64,000 nucleotides of DNA from Acidobacteriota bacterium (GTDB lineage Bacteria; Acidobacteriota; UBA890; WLXD01), in assembly GCA_965205505.1 (NCBI GenBank), contig CBDBHB010000006.1, forward strand, positions 448,001 to 512,000. The letters are read 5' to 3'. The notes beneath the pieces were generated by a model, which saw only the letters and a program-made list of their open reading frames with translations, had not been told where the DNA came from and searched no databases. The translations under genes and the position numbers were made by a program. The first letter of the stretch is position 1. Every line of letters starts with the position of its first letter. Of this stretch, positions 29,181 to 40,007 are shown one piece after another.

Positions 29181-31232
29181 TCACACCAGAAGCGGCGCGA
29201 TGACGAGCGATACGACAGACATCAACTTTATCAAGATGTTCATGGACGGGCCACTCGTGTCCTTGAACGGATCGCCGACGGTATCACCGACGACGGCCGC
29301 CTTGTGGGCATCGGAGCCCTTGCCGCCGTGGTGGCCCTCCTCGATGTACTTCTTGGCGTTGTCCCACGCGCCGCCGCCGTTGGACATCATCAGCGCCAAC
29401 AACACACCGACGACGGTCGCGCCCGCCAGCATTCCGCCGAGCGCCTCCGGGCCGAGGCCGAAGCCGACAACCACGGGCGCAATCACTGCGAGTAGCCCTG
29501 GCAGCACCATTTGCCTGAGCGCCGCATCCGCGGCGATCGACACACAGCGGGCCGGGTCCGGTTTCCCGGTGCCCTCCATGATCCCGGGAATCTCGCGGAA
29601 CTGACGGCGAATCTCCTCCACCAGCTCACCGGCCGCTCGGCCGACGGCGGTCATCGTCAGGCCCGCTGCCAGATAGGGCACCACACCGCCGATCAGCATC
29701 CCGACGACCACGTGGGGGTTAGTGAGCAGGATGACAAGCCCGCCCGGCTCACCAGCCTGGCGCATGGCATCGGACACCGACTGTGCATAGGCGGCGAACA
29801 AGGCCAGGGCGGTGAGCGCCGCCGACCCGATGGCGAACCCCTTGCCGATTGCGGCGGTGGTATTGCCCACGGAGTCGAGACTGTCGGTGATCTTGCGCAC
29901 CTCCGGCCCCAGACCCGCCATTTCGGAGATGCCTCCGGCATTGTCCGCGACGGGTCCGTAGGCATCGACGCTCATGGTGATACCTACCGTCGCCAACATG
30001 CCCACCGCAGCGATACCGATTCCGTACAGACCCGCAGACTCGAATGCGAAGTAGATCGCAGCGCAGATAGCCAGCACTGGCAGCGCCGTCGATTCGAAAC
30101 CCACCGCCAGGCCGTTGATGATGTTGGTGGCCGCGCCGGTCTCCGACGACGCCGCAATTCGGCGCACCGGGGCCGCCGACGTGTAGTACTCGGTGATGAA
30201 AGAGATCAACAGCCCTACCCCCGCTCCCCAGAAGATCGCCGACCAGATGCCGTTGGCCACCGGGATAGCATCGATATAGAGGTAAGCGATACCGACGAAC
30301 AGCGCGGCGGCGATGATCGTCGCCCAGCGCAGCGCGGCTGCCGCGTCGAAACGCTTCAGGATCGCCATCGACGCGATCCCCAGCAGGGAGCAGATGAGGC
30401 CCAGGAACGCGAGCATCAGCGGCAGGCTCATCAACCAGCTCTTGACCTGCGCCGCCTCGATCATCGGGTCGGCGGCCATGGCGATCAGTTCCTCGCCGAA
30501 AAGCGTCGCGCCGATGGCGATAGTGGCGATAATCGAACCCACGTACGATTCGAAAATGTCAGCACCCATTCCGGCGACATCGCCAACGTTGTCGCCGACA
30601 TTGTCGGCGATCACACCGGGATTGCGTGGGTCATCCTCGGGTATACCAGCTTCGACCTTGCCCACCAGGTCCGCACCAACGTCGGCGGCCTTCGTGTAGA
30701 TTCCGCCGCCGACACGGGCGAACAGCGCGATGGAGGAGGCTCCCATCGCGAACCCGTTGATCACATGGGCAGTGTCGGGGCTGCCATACCAGAGATACCA
30801 AACGCCGACGCCGATTAGCCCGAGACTGGCGACCGACAACCCCATGACCGAGCCGCCCAGAAACGCCACCATCAGCGCGGCATCGCGGCCCTCGTTCTTC
30901 GCCGCCGCTGCGGTACGCACGTTGGCCATGGTTGCCGACGTCATGCCGGCGAAACCGGCAGCGATCGAACAGGCCGCACCGGTAATAAACGCGGCGGAGG
31001 TCGGGGTCGACACGAAGTAGCCGAGCAAGACAGCAACGATGGCAATGAAAATAGCCAGCAGGGTGTATTCGCGGCGCAAGAACACCATCGCGCCGTCGTG
31101 GACCTGGGCGGCGATCTCGGCCATCTGATCGGTGCCGACATCGCGACGTCGAATGACCATGAGAATGACCAAGGCGATTACCAGGCCAATTCCGCCCAGT
31201 ACGGGAACCGCCTCGATGGGGATGTTGCTCAT
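29181..31232 (-). CDS. hppA: Membrane cation-translocating pyrophosphatase, K+-dependent type (probably Na+-PPase)
   Basis: [35 protein letters not shown] and [10 protein letters not shown] motifs. Confidence 0.95.
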   Translation of the reverse strand: MSNIPIEAVPVLGGIGLVIALVILMVIRRRDVGTDQMAEIAAQVHDGAMVFLRREYTLLAIFIAIVAVLLGYFVSTPTSAAFITGAACSIAAGFAGMTSATMANVRTAAAAKNEGRDAALMVAFLGGSVMGLSVASLGLIGVGVWYLWYGSPDTAHVINGFAMGASSIALFARVGGGIYTKAADVGADLVGKVEAGIPEDDPRNPGVIADNVGDNVGDVAGMGADIFESYVGSIIATIAIGATLFGEELIAMAADPMIEAAQVKSWLMSLPLMLAFLGLICSLLGIASMAILKRFDAAAALRWATIIAAALFVGIAYLYIDAIPVANGIWSAIFWGAGVGLLISFITEYYTSAAPVRRIAASSETGAATNIINGLAVGFESTALPVLAICAAIYFAFESAGLYGIGIAAVGMLATVGITMSVDAYGPVADNAGGISEMAGLGPEVRKITDSLDSVGNTTAAIGKGFAIGSAALTALALFAAYAQSVSDAMRQAGEPGGLVILLTNPHVVVGMLIGGVVPYLAAGLTMTAVGRAAGELVEEIRRQFREIPGIMEGTGKPDPARCVSIAADAALRQMVLPGLLAVIAPVVVGFGLGPEALGGMLAGATVVGVLLALMMSNGGGAWDNAKKYIEEGHHGGKGSDAHKAAVVGDTVGDPFKDTSGPSMNILIKLMSVVSLVIAPLLV

Positions 31233-31245
31233 GCTCTTACTCCAG

Positions 31246-31848
31246 TTAATCGGGAGTCTCTTGCGGATTCGTTGTCTCGGTTTTCGGTCGCTGATTGTAC
31301 GTGTTCATCGCGGCGCTCAGACCCCGCCGGAGGATCATCCGCACCGCCGCGACGGCACGGTCGAGCATCTCGTTGAGCGCCGCCAGCTCGGTCTCGTCGA
31401 ACGCCTCGAGAACGTATCCGGCAGTGTCGCGTCCGCGACCTTGGCCCCGCACGCCGAGCCGGAGTCGTGGTACTTGCTGCGTCCCGAGCTCCTCAAGCAC
31501 GGATTTCAGACCACGGTGACCGGCGTCGCCACCCGCGGGTCGGAGACGAAGCACGCCCAAAGGCAAATCGATTTCGTCGTACGCCACGAGTAGGTCGCCG
31601 GGATCGATAGACAAGCTCCGACAAGCGTAGGAGACTCCCACGCCGCTGTTGTTCATGAACGACAGCGGACGCATCAGCCAGAGCGCTGCCGGTCCCAGCT
31701 TGACACGCTCGAGTTGCACCGATTCTTTCTGTCGTGTCTCGATGACCTTGCCGGCGGCACGCAGACGGTCAAGGAGCATCCAGCCAGCGTTGTGACGCGT
31801 GGAGACATACTCGCTCCGGGGGTTTCCGAGCCCGGCTAGAGCGCGCAT
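31246..31848 (-). CDS. pth: Peptidyl-tRNA hydrolase
   Basis: GLGNP, TRHNAG, FMNNSG and GHRGLKS motifs. Confidence 0.95.
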   Translation of the reverse strand: MRALAGLGNPRSEYVSTRHNAGWMLLDRLRAAGKVIETRQKESVQLERVKLGPAALWLMRPLSFMNNSGVGVSYACRSLSIDPGDLLVAYDEIDLPLGVLRLRPAGGDAGHRGLKSVLEELGTQQVPRLRLGVRGQGRGRDTAGYVLEAFDETELAALNEMLDRAVAAVRMILRRGLSAAMNTYNQRPKTETTNPQETPD

Positions 31849-31857
31849 TCGGCGAGT

Positions 31858-32529
31858 CTACTCGTCGTTCTCGGATTCCTCCTCGTCCTCGTGGCCAATG
31901 AGCTCTGGCTCTTCTAGGGTCGCAAGCAAATCCTCGTCTTCCTCTACAACCTCATCCTCAATCGCGACCGTCGGCGGGGCAATGGTTAGCACCGTCTGAT
32001 CCAGATCCACGAGCAACTCGACGTTGTCGGGCACCTCTAGATCAGACACCTGTGCCACGTCGCCGATGTTGAGCTCGGTCACGTCGACCCGGAGACTGTC
32101 GGGAATATCGGTCGGCAGGCACTTGACGTGCACCTCTCGGAGGATCATGTCGAGGATGCCTCGATCAACCTTGACTCCGAACGCCTCGCCGACAACCTCG
32201 ACTGGAACATTCACCTCGATCTCGATCGCCAGGTCGATGCGACGAAAGTCGACGTGCTGAAGCTTGCGAGAGATCGGGTCCACCTGGTAGTCGTGGATCA
32301 GGGCCGTCTGCTCGGCTCCGTCTCCGACTCTCAAGCTGAGAATCGAGTTCTGACCGTGCTCGGATCGCAGAATCTCGATCAGCGTCCGCGGGTCCACGGC
32401 GATCGAACGCGTGTCGCGACCTCCGCCGTACAGCACAGCGGGGACCTTGCCGGCACGGCGCAACTGCTTCGCCTTGTTGCTCGAACCGGGCACGCGAAGC
32501 ACGACCTCGAGCAGTTGTGTATCTGCCAT
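31858..32529 (-). CDS. rplY: 50S ribosomal protein L25/Ctc
   Basis: LRRAGKVPAVLYG and QHVDF motifs plus a Ctc C-domain. Confidence 0.95.
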   Translation of the reverse strand: MADTQLLEVVLRVPGSSNKAKQLRRAGKVPAVLYGGGRDTRSIAVDPRTLIEILRSEHGQNSILSLRVGDGAEQTALIHDYQVDPISRKLQHVDFRRIDLAIEIEVNVPVEVVGEAFGVKVDRGILDMILREVHVKCLPTDIPDSLRVDVTELNIGDVAQVSDLEVPDNVELLVDLDQTVLTIAPPTVAIEDEVVEEDEDLLATLEEPELIGHEDEEESENDE

Positions 32530-32563
32530 CGTTGTTACCCCTCGGAGTGAGCAGCCGTCGAGA

Positions 32564-33511
32564 TCAGATAAACAGCCTCGAGATGCTGGTTTCCTCGTAG
32601 ATGCTGCGTATCGCTTCACCGAACAACCCTGCGACCGAGAGCACCTCGATCTTGTCGCAGGCGGCGGCTTCGGGCGGCAACGGGATCGTATCCGTCACAA
32701 AGACTCGTTTCAGCGGGCTGGCCTCGATGCGCTCGATAGCCGGTGAGGAGAGTACCGCGTGAGTGGCAAACGCGTAGACCTCGCGTGCTCCCTCGTCGAG
32801 CACCGCCGTGGCTCCGGTGGTCAGGGTACCGGCGGTGTCGACCATGTCGTCGTAAAAGCAGCACACCGCGTCGCGGACGTCGCCTACGACGGTCATTTCC
32901 TCGACCTTGTTGGCGACACGGCGACGCTTGTCGATCACGGCCAATCCAGCCTCGAGCCGCTTGGCGATGGCACGAGCGCGCTCCACACCGCCGGCGTCAG
33001 GCGAGACCATGACCAGATCGCGGTCGATGGCACCGATCCGGCGCACCGCGATTGGCGCTGCAAAGAGGTGGTCGAGCGGGATGTTGAAGTAGCCCTGGAT
33101 CTGACCCGCGTGCAGATCCATCGCCAGCACCCGCGAGGTTCCAGCAGTGGTCAGCAAGTCAGCGACGAGCTTGGCCGAGATGGGCACCCGTGGGCTGTCT
33201 TTCTTGTCCTGCCGGGCGTATCCGAAGTACGGGATCACAGCCGTGATGTGATGAGCCGAAGCGCGCTTGGCTGCGTCGATCATCACCAGCAACTCCATGA
33301 GGCTATCGTTCACCGGCCGGCACGTTGACTGGACGAGGAACACCTCGACGCCGCGCACGTTCTCTCCGAACTGGCAGCGCACCTCGCCGTCGGCGAACAG
33401 CCCGATGTCGATGGCGCTCAAGGACAAACCCATCGATCCCGCGATGGCCTCCGCCAACGCCGGGCAGGCATTGCCCGCGAAGATCTTTAGCTTGCGGTCG
33501 GTATTGGACAT
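32564..33511 (-). CDS. prs: Ribose-phosphate pyrophosphokinase
   Basis: FADGE, PYFGYARQDKK, DLHAGQIQG and DDMVDTAGT motifs. Confidence 0.97.
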   Translation of the reverse strand: MSNTDRKLKIFAGNACPALAEAIAGSMGLSLSAIDIGLFADGEVRCQFGENVRGVEVFLVQSTCRPVNDSLMELLVMIDAAKRASAHHITAVIPYFGYARQDKKDSPRVPISAKLVADLLTTAGTSRVLAMDLHAGQIQGYFNIPLDHLFAAPIAVRRIGAIDRDLVMVSPDAGGVERARAIAKRLEAGLAVIDKRRRVANKVEEMTVVGDVRDAVCCFYDDMVDTAGTLTTGATAVLDEGAREVYAFATHAVLSSPAIERIEASPLKRVFVTDTIPLPPEAAACDKIEVLSVAGLFGEAIRSIYEETSISRLFI

Positions 33512-33590
33512 CGAGCCGTGCGGCTGAGGTGCGGTTTGTGATCCGAATATCGGAGCAATGCTCGCCCTCGATGGACTAGCAGGCCTAAAG

Positions 33591-33664
33591 CTGGGGCGGC
33601 AGGATTCGAACCTGCGAATGCCGGATCCAAAGACCGGTGCCTTGCCTGACTTGGCGACGCCCCA
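33591..33664 (-). tRNA. tRNA-Gln (TTG), CCA not encoded
   Basis: TGGGGCG acceptor stem, anticodon loop CTTTGGA, GGTTCGAATCC T-arm; canonical position upstream of prs. Confidence 0.95.
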
Positions 33665-33748
33665 AAACCAACTGCCTGTGGACGCAGAAGTCCCGAGCAG
33701 CGTCTCCGGGACGCGACCCCGACGAGGGCTGCATTTCAGACACGCACT

Positions 33749-33778
33749 ATTATAAGCGCCCCACTTTTTAGGCATCAA
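33749..33778 (-). promoter_or_regulatory. Sigma-70 promoter for tRNA-Gln-prs
   Basis: TTGATG-N18-TATAAT on the minus strand. Confidence 0.7.
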
Positions 33779-33835
33779 ACTACGCCGGGGGCGCATTCGC
33801 GTCAGCTCGGCCGACGCCGGGGGGTGCGCTGCGAT

Positions 33836-34693
33836 CTACTGCCCTTCAGGTACCTCGCGCCTGAACAGACCGCCTTCGCGACCCAGGTCGGAGATCGGTA
33901 GCTGCAATACTCCTACCGGGACTTCGAGCTCGAAATGCGCCGGCGGGAACTCGACGTTGGTCGACGGCTCACCCAGCAGCTGCATCGTGATCCCGTACCC
34001 AGCGGGTTCGACGCGCAGCTGCAGGCTCGAGGGAACCAGGACCGTCTGACCGTCGACCTCGGCGGCAGTCGGATCGAGCGCCTCGAGCGCTACCGTGTTG
34101 TCGGCGCGTCGATGCTCAATACGATCGAACCACAGCGTAGGTGGCAACAGCCACGCGCTGGCCTCCTCGCCGTAATCGATCCGCACCCGCCGAGCCCTCT
34201 CGTCCCAGCTCGGCCGACCGGGTGGATGGCTGGCCGGATCGATCCCGTATCCCAGCAGGGCCGCCACGACGTCTCCGGCTGACAGCCCGAAGCCAATCGC
34301 TTGCTCGAAGGACGTACGCGTCGCCGGTCCACGATAGAGGAGTTGCTCCTCGCGCAGAAACAGACCGACTTCGGCTGTGTTGGCGCGTAGATAGGCTTGA
34401 ATGCCGCCGGTCGGGTCGAGTACCAGGATATCGACGTCCGCTGGCCGGCGAACCGACACGAAAGTGTCGACCGACCGCCGTCCGATCCCCCGCGAAAAAC
34501 GCATCGTGTACGACGCCACGAGACTCTCGAGCGGTGCCGTCAGCTGCAGCGCCGGCTCCAGGAAGCTGCCGGGGCTCTGGCGCGCTCGTTCAACGAGCTC
34601 CGGTTGACCGCGAATCCAGCTGTTGCCGGCGCAACCGATCACCAACAGACCGAGCGTCAATGCAGCGGCTGATCGGCCTGTCACACGCCCCAC
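33836..34693 (-). CDS. Lipoprotein, LolB/DUF4292-like
   Basis: Lipobox LLVIGC; beta-rich sequence; located where lolB usually sits relative to tRNA-Gln-prs. Confidence 0.55.
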   Translation of the reverse strand: MGRVTGRSAAALTLGLLVIGCAGNSWIRGQPELVERARQSPGSFLEPALQLTAPLESLVASYTMRFSRGIGRRSVDTFVSVRRPADVDILVLDPTGGIQAYLRANTAEVGLFLREEQLLYRGPATRTSFEQAIGFGLSAGDVVAALLGYGIDPASHPPGRPSWDERARRVRIDYGEEASAWLLPPTLWFDRIEHRRADNTVALEALDPTAAEVDGQTVLVPSSLQLRVEPAGYGITMQLLGEPSTNVEFPPAHFELEVPVGVLQLPISDLGREGGLFRREVPEGQ

Positions 34694-35935
34694 CTAATCC
34701 GTCCAGCCGCCGCTCGAGACACGCGTCATTCGCCAAATCACGCGGCGCTCGCCGCCCTCCGTGGCATCGGGGTTGACGAACTCCCACACGATGTCACCTC
34801 CCTCGGTTACCTCGAACACAAGGCCCGCATCCGATTCCGTGATCAGCGTGTTGCCGTTCGGCAAGCGCTGAACACTCCCGCGCAATGGCGTATGGAACTC
34901 CTCGGACTCATAGCTCCAGCCGATCTCGTTGGATCGCGGATCGACCTCCAGCACACGCGAGCGCGACACCCCATTGTCGAACACCAGTAGCCGCCCATTG
35001 GGCAAGAGGGTTGGATGATGTTGCCCGTAGAGATTCGACGGACCCCAGATCCAGAGGACATCCTGGGTTGCGCCATCGAGGATCATGATGGCGTTCAGGT
35101 GGCGCATCGAGAGAAGAATGTTGCCAGCACCGAACAGCGGCGAAACTGAGGCGAGCGATCCATCGAACACTGACACGTGGTTCGTATGCAAGGTATCCAA
35201 CGGACCGTCGGCGGCGACGAACTGGCGACGCGCGACGCTGGCCAGCAGGAAACCGTAGGACGAGGAGCGCACAACGTCGAGCAATGAAAGCTCCTCGCGC
35301 ACCTCGCCCGTCTCCAGCGACAGCACGGTCAGCGTGTCCTCGAGGATTTGCTGAGTCGGATGCACTTCGGGAATCGATCTCTCTCGTCTCGAAAGTGCCC
35401 AAAGGTCGTCGCCGTGAATCGCGACATCATGATGAGCCCGCACGTCGGCGATCCAGCGCGGGCGGGATTCGGAATCGAGGCGCACGACCTGTTTGTCGAA
35501 CCTCACCAAGAGCAGTCCGGCGTCCGGCAGTAGCTCGGCGTGCGCGATCAGCGCCCCGGGGTCTGACCAGCGCCGCACCTCGCGTCCTTCCATGTCGACT
35601 AGCAGAAACGGTGCTTGAAAGGCCGAGTGATAGAAATTCAGACCCTGCCAGGCGCGCTGCGCGTCGTGGACCTGGACGCCGCGGCGATCGGAGTCCGGAT
35701 CGAAGTTCGCGCCGACATAGGCGAGCGCTCGCAGGTCCCGCAGCGGGCGCCCCCGTGGGCGGATCCAGCTGTAGGGCTTGCTATCGGTGTCGGCCAGAAA
35801 CCACGAGATGATGGAGTAGGGGAAAATCGCGCCGCGATGGCTCTGATAGCCCCACAGAAAGCTCGCGCCGAGCGCCAAGAGGGCCAGGGGTACAGCCAGC
35901 ATCGGGCGCGGCAGGGTACGTCGCGACGGTGTCAT
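34694..35935 (-). CDS. Arylsulfotransferase-family beta-propeller protein
   Basis: AHHD, HTNHV, QHHPT..LVFDNG and QRLPNGNTLITES motifs. Confidence 0.85.
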   Translation of the reverse strand: MTPSRRTLPRPMLAVPLALLALGASFLWGYQSHRGAIFPYSIISWFLADTDSKPYSWIRPRGRPLRDLRALAYVGANFDPDSDRRGVQVHDAQRAWQGLNFYHSAFQAPFLLVDMEGREVRRWSDPGALIAHAELLPDAGLLLVRFDKQVVRLDSESRPRWIADVRAHHDVAIHGDDLWALSRRERSIPEVHPTQQILEDTLTVLSLETGEVREELSLLDVVRSSSYGFLLASVARRQFVAADGPLDTLHTNHVSVFDGSLASVSPLFGAGNILLSMRHLNAIMILDGATQDVLWIWGPSNLYGQHHPTLLPNGRLLVFDNGVSRSRVLEVDPRSNEIGWSYESEEFHTPLRGSVQRLPNGNTLITESDAGLVFEVTEGGDIVWEFVNPDATEGGERRVIWRMTRVSSGGWTD

Positions 35936-36135
35936 CCCCACCTTCCCCTCAGGGCGAGCCCACGAGACCGAGACGTGGTCGCCTGATGCCCCCGCCAGTA
36001 TCGCCCCTGTTCGATCGATTATACGCCCGCTTGCACGGCCCCCGCCCGTGTCAGCGCGCTCATCGCTGGGGCCTATAATGGCCGTCTTCGAGCCCAGCCC
36101 GACACCATCTCTGCCGCAGAACCCGGAGCTCCGGA

Positions 36136-37428
36136 ATGGTCGACTCTTCGTTTTCGGCGCCACACACCGGCGCGCGTCTGGCTCGAAGTCTTGTTGAAGT
36201 CGACCCCGAGGTCGCGAGCGTCATTCGCAAGGAAACCGAGAAACAATCGCGCAAATTGGTCATGATCGCCAGCGAGAACTACAGCTCCGAGGCGGTATTG
36301 GAGGCGTGTGCCTCGGTGATGTCGAACAAGTACTCCGAGGGCTATCCAGGCCACCGATACTACGGCGGTTGCGAGTTCGTCGACATGACGGAAACGCTCG
36401 CGATCGAGCGTGCGCAACAACTGTTTGGCGCCGAGCACGCCAATGTTCAGCCGCACAGCGGTACACAAGCGAACATGGCCGTGTACTACGCGGCGCTGCA
36501 GCCAGGCGACACGCTGATGGGCATGGGGTTGTCGGAAGGCGGGCATCTGTCGCACGGCCATCGGATGTCGTTCTCAGGCCAGCTGTACAACGTCGTCACT
36601 TATGGCGTCGACGAGGAAACGGAACTGCTCGACTACGACGCCATGGCGGTGATCGCCCGAGAGCATCGACCCAAGCTCATCGTCGTCGGGTTCTCGGCCT
36701 ACCCGCGCCACATCGACTTCGCCCGTTGCCGGGAGATCGCCGACGATGTCGGCGCCGTACTACACGCCGACATCGCGCACCCGGCCGGGCTGGTGGCAGC
36801 GGGACTGCACCCCGATCCCTGCCCGCACGCCGACTTCGTCAGCTCGACAACCCACAAGACGTTGCGTGGACCGCGTGGCGGCATCGTGCTGTGCCGCGAG
36901 AAGCACGCTGCTCGGCTCGACCAGGCAGTGTTTCCTGGCCTCCAAGGCGGGCCCTTTCAGCATCTGATCGCCGCCAAGGCAGTCTGCCTGGGGGAGGCTC
37001 TGGACGAGAGCTTCGGCGCGTATGCAGCGCAGATCATCGCCAATGCCAAGGCCCTCGCCGCGGAGTTCAGCAACGCGGGTTTCCACTGTGTGTCGGGCGG
37101 CACCGATACGCATCTTGTTCTCATCGACGTCGGCCAACAGGGTGTCACCGGGAAGGAAGCCGAGGCTTGGCTCGACCAGGCGGGTATCGTGGTCAACAAG
37201 AACACGATTCCGTTCGACCAGCGCTCGCCGTTCGTCACCTCGGGCTTGCGCATCGGCACGCCGGCCACCACCACGCGGGGCCTCACGGAGGAGCACATGC
37301 GTCAGATCGTCGGTTGGATGGCGCGGGTGCTCGAGTCGCGCGGCAACCCGGACGTCATCATCGACGTCGCCGCGCAGGTGGCCGAGCTCACGGACGCCTA
37401 TCCGATCTACGACTGGCGCCTGCAGTAA
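36136..37428 (+). CDS. glyA: Serine hydroxymethyltransferase
   Basis: IASEN, EGYPGHRYYGG and TTHKTLRGPRGG motifs. Confidence 0.97.
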   Translation: MVDSSFSAPHTGARLARSLVEVDPEVASVIRKETEKQSRKLVMIASENYSSEAVLEACASVMSNKYSEGYPGHRYYGGCEFVDMTETLAIERAQQLFGAEHANVQPHSGTQANMAVYYAALQPGDTLMGMGLSEGGHLSHGHRMSFSGQLYNVVTYGVDEETELLDYDAMAVIAREHRPKLIVVGFSAYPRHIDFARCREIADDVGAVLHADIAHPAGLVAAGLHPDPCPHADFVSSTTHKTLRGPRGGIVLCREKHAARLDQAVFPGLQGGPFQHLIAAKAVCLGEALDESFGAYAAQIIANAKALAAEFSNAGFHCVSGGTDTHLVLIDVGQQGVTGKEAEAWLDQAGIVVNKNTIPFDQRSPFVTSGLRIGTPATTTRGLTEEHMRQIVGWMARVLESRGNPDVIIDVAAQVAELTDAYPIYDWRLQ

Positions 37429-37601
37429 GCGAAGCACCGGGCGCGCCGACCGAGCCTGCCGCACCGTGACCGCCAGCCAACGACAGCCAGCCAACGACCA
37501 CCAGAGTTGGTGCGTGACCTGCTAAACTAGCCGCGCTGCGGCCGTCGATTCGGGGACATGGGGCTTTCGGCGGCGCCACGAATCTCTCGGGAGGCCATCC
37601 G

Positions 37602-38285
37602 ATGAAGATCTTCCTCGACACCGCGAATATCGACGAGATCCGGGCGGCCGGAGAAACCGGCGTGCTCGATGGAGTGACCACCAACCCGTCACTCGTGGCG
37701 AAAGAAGGGCGCCCGTTTGCGGACGTGATCGCCGAGATCTGCGAGATCGTGGACGGCCCAATCAGTGCCGAGGTGCTGTCGACCGACTACGACGGCATGG
37801 TCGACGAGGCTCGTCGCCTGGCGCCGATGCACGACAACATCGTGGTCAAGATCCCGCTGCTTCGAGAGGGCATCCGCGCCGTGGCGACCCTCTCCCAAGA
37901 GGGCATCCGCACGAATGTGACGCTCTGTTTCTCGCCCCTGCAAGCACTCCTCGCTGCGAAGGCAGGCGCAACGATCATCTCGCCCTTCGCGGGCCGCCTC
38001 GACGACATCGGGCACGATGGAATGGAGATGGTCCAGCAGATCGTCCAGATGTACGAGAACTACGGCTACGCCACGGAGGTGCTGGTGGGCTCCATACGCA
38101 GCCCGAAGCATGTTCTCGACGCCGCGCTCATGGGCGCCGACATCGTCACGATACCGACCAAGGTATTCGACTCGATGTTCAAGCACCCACTCACCGACAA
38201 GGGGCTCGCCGCCTTCCTCGCCGACTGGGAAGGGGCGCGAGAGCTCGTGGCCGAACTGGCGCTCCCGGCCGGCGCCGAGGGCTGA
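37602..38285 (+). CDS. fsa: Transaldolase / fructose-6-phosphate aldolase (short type)
   Basis: [18 protein letters not shown] and SPFAGRLDD motifs. Confidence 0.93.
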   Translation: MKIFLDTANIDEIRAAGETGVLDGVTTNPSLVAKEGRPFADVIAEICEIVDGPISAEVLSTDYDGMVDEARRLAPMHDNIVVKIPLLREGIRAVATLSQEGIRTNVTLCFSPLQALLAAKAGATIISPFAGRLDDIGHDGMEMVQQIVQMYENYGYATEVLVGSIRSPKHVLDAALMGADIVTIPTKVFDSMFKHPLTDKGLAAFLADWEGARELVAELALPAGAEG

Positions 38286-38305
38286 CCGCCCGCGGATCGA
38301 ACGCC

Positions 38306-39856
38306 GTGTCGTACGACGACCCAGCAGCCGAGCTCGAACGTCGCCGGCAGAACGCGCGTGCCGGCGGTGGTGAAACTCGCCTGGAGCGCCAGCACAACGC
38401 CGGCAAGCTGAGCGCGCGCGAGCGGCTGGACTACCTGCTCGATTCAGAGTCGTTTCAGGAGCTCGACGTACACGTTCGACACCAATGTAGCGACTTTGGC
38501 ATCGAGGAGCGACGAATCGAAGGCGACGGCGTGGTGTCGGGCTTCGGACAAATCGATGGCCGGCTCGTGTACGTGTTCGCACAGGACTTCACGGTCTTCG
38601 GCGGCTCGGTTTCGGAGAGCAACGCCTGGAAGATCTGCAAGGTAATGGACTTGGCGATGAAGACCGGGGCACCGGTCATCGGCCTCAACGACTCCGGCGG
38701 GGCCCGGATTCAGGAGGGCGTCGCGTCGTTGGCCGGTTACTCGGAGATCTTTCTTCGCAATACGCTGGCCTCCGGGGTAATTCCGCAGATTTCGGCAATC
38801 ATGGGCCCGTGTGCCGGCGGTGCCGTCTACTCACCGGCGATCACCGATTTCGTCGCCATGGTCGAGGGGAGCTCGTACATGTTTCTGACCGGCCCCGACG
38901 TCATCAAGACGGTGATGCACGAGGACGTCTCAGCGCAGGACCTGGGCGGCGCAGCAGTTCATAGTGCGCGCAGCGGCGTGGCGCACTTCTCGTCGGCCAA
39001 CGATCAAGACTGCCTGGCGCTGATCCGCGAGCTGCTCTCGTACTTGCCGAGCAACAACCGAGAAGACGCGCCACGATTGGATCCGACGGATGATCCGCGA
39101 CGCGCGGATGTCGAGCTCGACGAGCTCGTGCCCGTCGACCCGAACCGCCCATACGACATCGTCGACCTGATCAGCCGCGTCGTTGACCACGGCAACTTCC
39201 TGCAGGTACACGAGGCCTACGCCCGTAACCTGGTCACCGGGTTCGCTCGATTACACGGCATGCCCGTGGGCATCGTCGCCAACCAGCCAGACCACCTGGC
39301 CGGCACGCTGGACATCGACGCGTCGGTCAAGGGCGCGCGGTTCGTGCGCTTCTGCGATGCCTTCAACATCCCGCTGGTGGTGTTCGAAGACGTGCCGGGC
39401 TTTCTGCCGGGCACAGAGCAGGAATTCGCCGGCATAATCAAGCACGGTGCCAAGCTGCTCTACGCTTTCGCCGAAGCCACGGTTCCGAAGCTGACCGTGA
39501 TCACCCGGAAGGCCTACGGCGGTGCCTACTGCGTGATGGCTTCGAAGCACATCCGCACCGACGTGAATTTCGCCTACCCGGCGGCAGAGATCGCAGTGAT
39601 GGGTTCGGAAGGCGCGGTAAACGTGTTGTTCCGCCGCGAGCTCGCGGCCGCCGAGGATGCGGAGGCGCTACGGGCAACCAAGGTGAAGGAGTTTCGCGAC
39701 AAGTTTGCCAATCCCTACGTAGCCGCCGAGCGCGGTTGGATCGATGAGGTGATTCACCCTCGCGATACTCGGCCGAGGCTCATTCGTGCACTTCTGGCGC
39801 TCGATACCAAGGCCGACAGCAACCCTCCCAAGAAGCACGGCAACATACCGCTCTAG
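38306..39856 (+). CDS. pccB: Acyl-CoA (propionyl/methylmalonyl-CoA) carboxyltransferase beta subunit
   Basis: DSGGARIQEG, GPCAGGAVYSPA and KKHGNIPL motifs. Confidence 0.93.
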   Translation: MSYDDPAAELERRRQNARAGGGETRLERQHNAGKLSARERLDYLLDSESFQELDVHVRHQCSDFGIEERRIEGDGVVSGFGQIDGRLVYVFAQDFTVFGGSVSESNAWKICKVMDLAMKTGAPVIGLNDSGGARIQEGVASLAGYSEIFLRNTLASGVIPQISAIMGPCAGGAVYSPAITDFVAMVEGSSYMFLTGPDVIKTVMHEDVSAQDLGGAAVHSARSGVAHFSSANDQDCLALIRELLSYLPSNNREDAPRLDPTDDPRRADVELDELVPVDPNRPYDIVDLISRVVDHGNFLQVHEAYARNLVTGFARLHGMPVGIVANQPDHLAGTLDIDASVKGARFVRFCDAFNIPLVVFEDVPGFLPGTEQEFAGIIKHGAKLLYAFAEATVPKLTVITRKAYGGAYCVMASKHIRTDVNFAYPAAEIAVMGSEGAVNVLFRRELAAAEDAEALRATKVKEFRDKFANPYVAAERGWIDEVIHPRDTRPRLIRALLALDTKADSNPPKKHGNIPL

Positions 39857-40007
39857 ACCACTAGCAGGACGGGGGCGCTCAAAAAACCTCGACGAAACAC
39901 GCCGGCCGGGGCTCTTACCGTGCAGAGAACGCGTTGTGCCCGGGCGCGGGAAGCGTTCGGTGGGCCTGCGCTCGGGTGCACGCGCGCTCCGCACGGGAGG
40001 CAGTACG

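Noticed and set aside
16691-30818. Long antisense or alternative-frame ORFs (e.g. 16691..18004, 27921..29024, 29511..30818, and the N-terminal extension of 20520..22454)
   Set aside because: These are shadows of well-supported genes in high-GC DNA and show no recognisable motifs.
33576-33591. Prophage or island attachment site at the tRNA-Gln 3' end
   Set aside because: No integrase and no duplicated tRNA 3' fragment in the window; only a 10-bp match to the MITE end.
35990-36135. ZTP, glycine or THF riboswitch upstream of glyA
   Set aside because: A TATAAT at 36074-36079 leaves only a short leader, and no aptamer consensus is visible.
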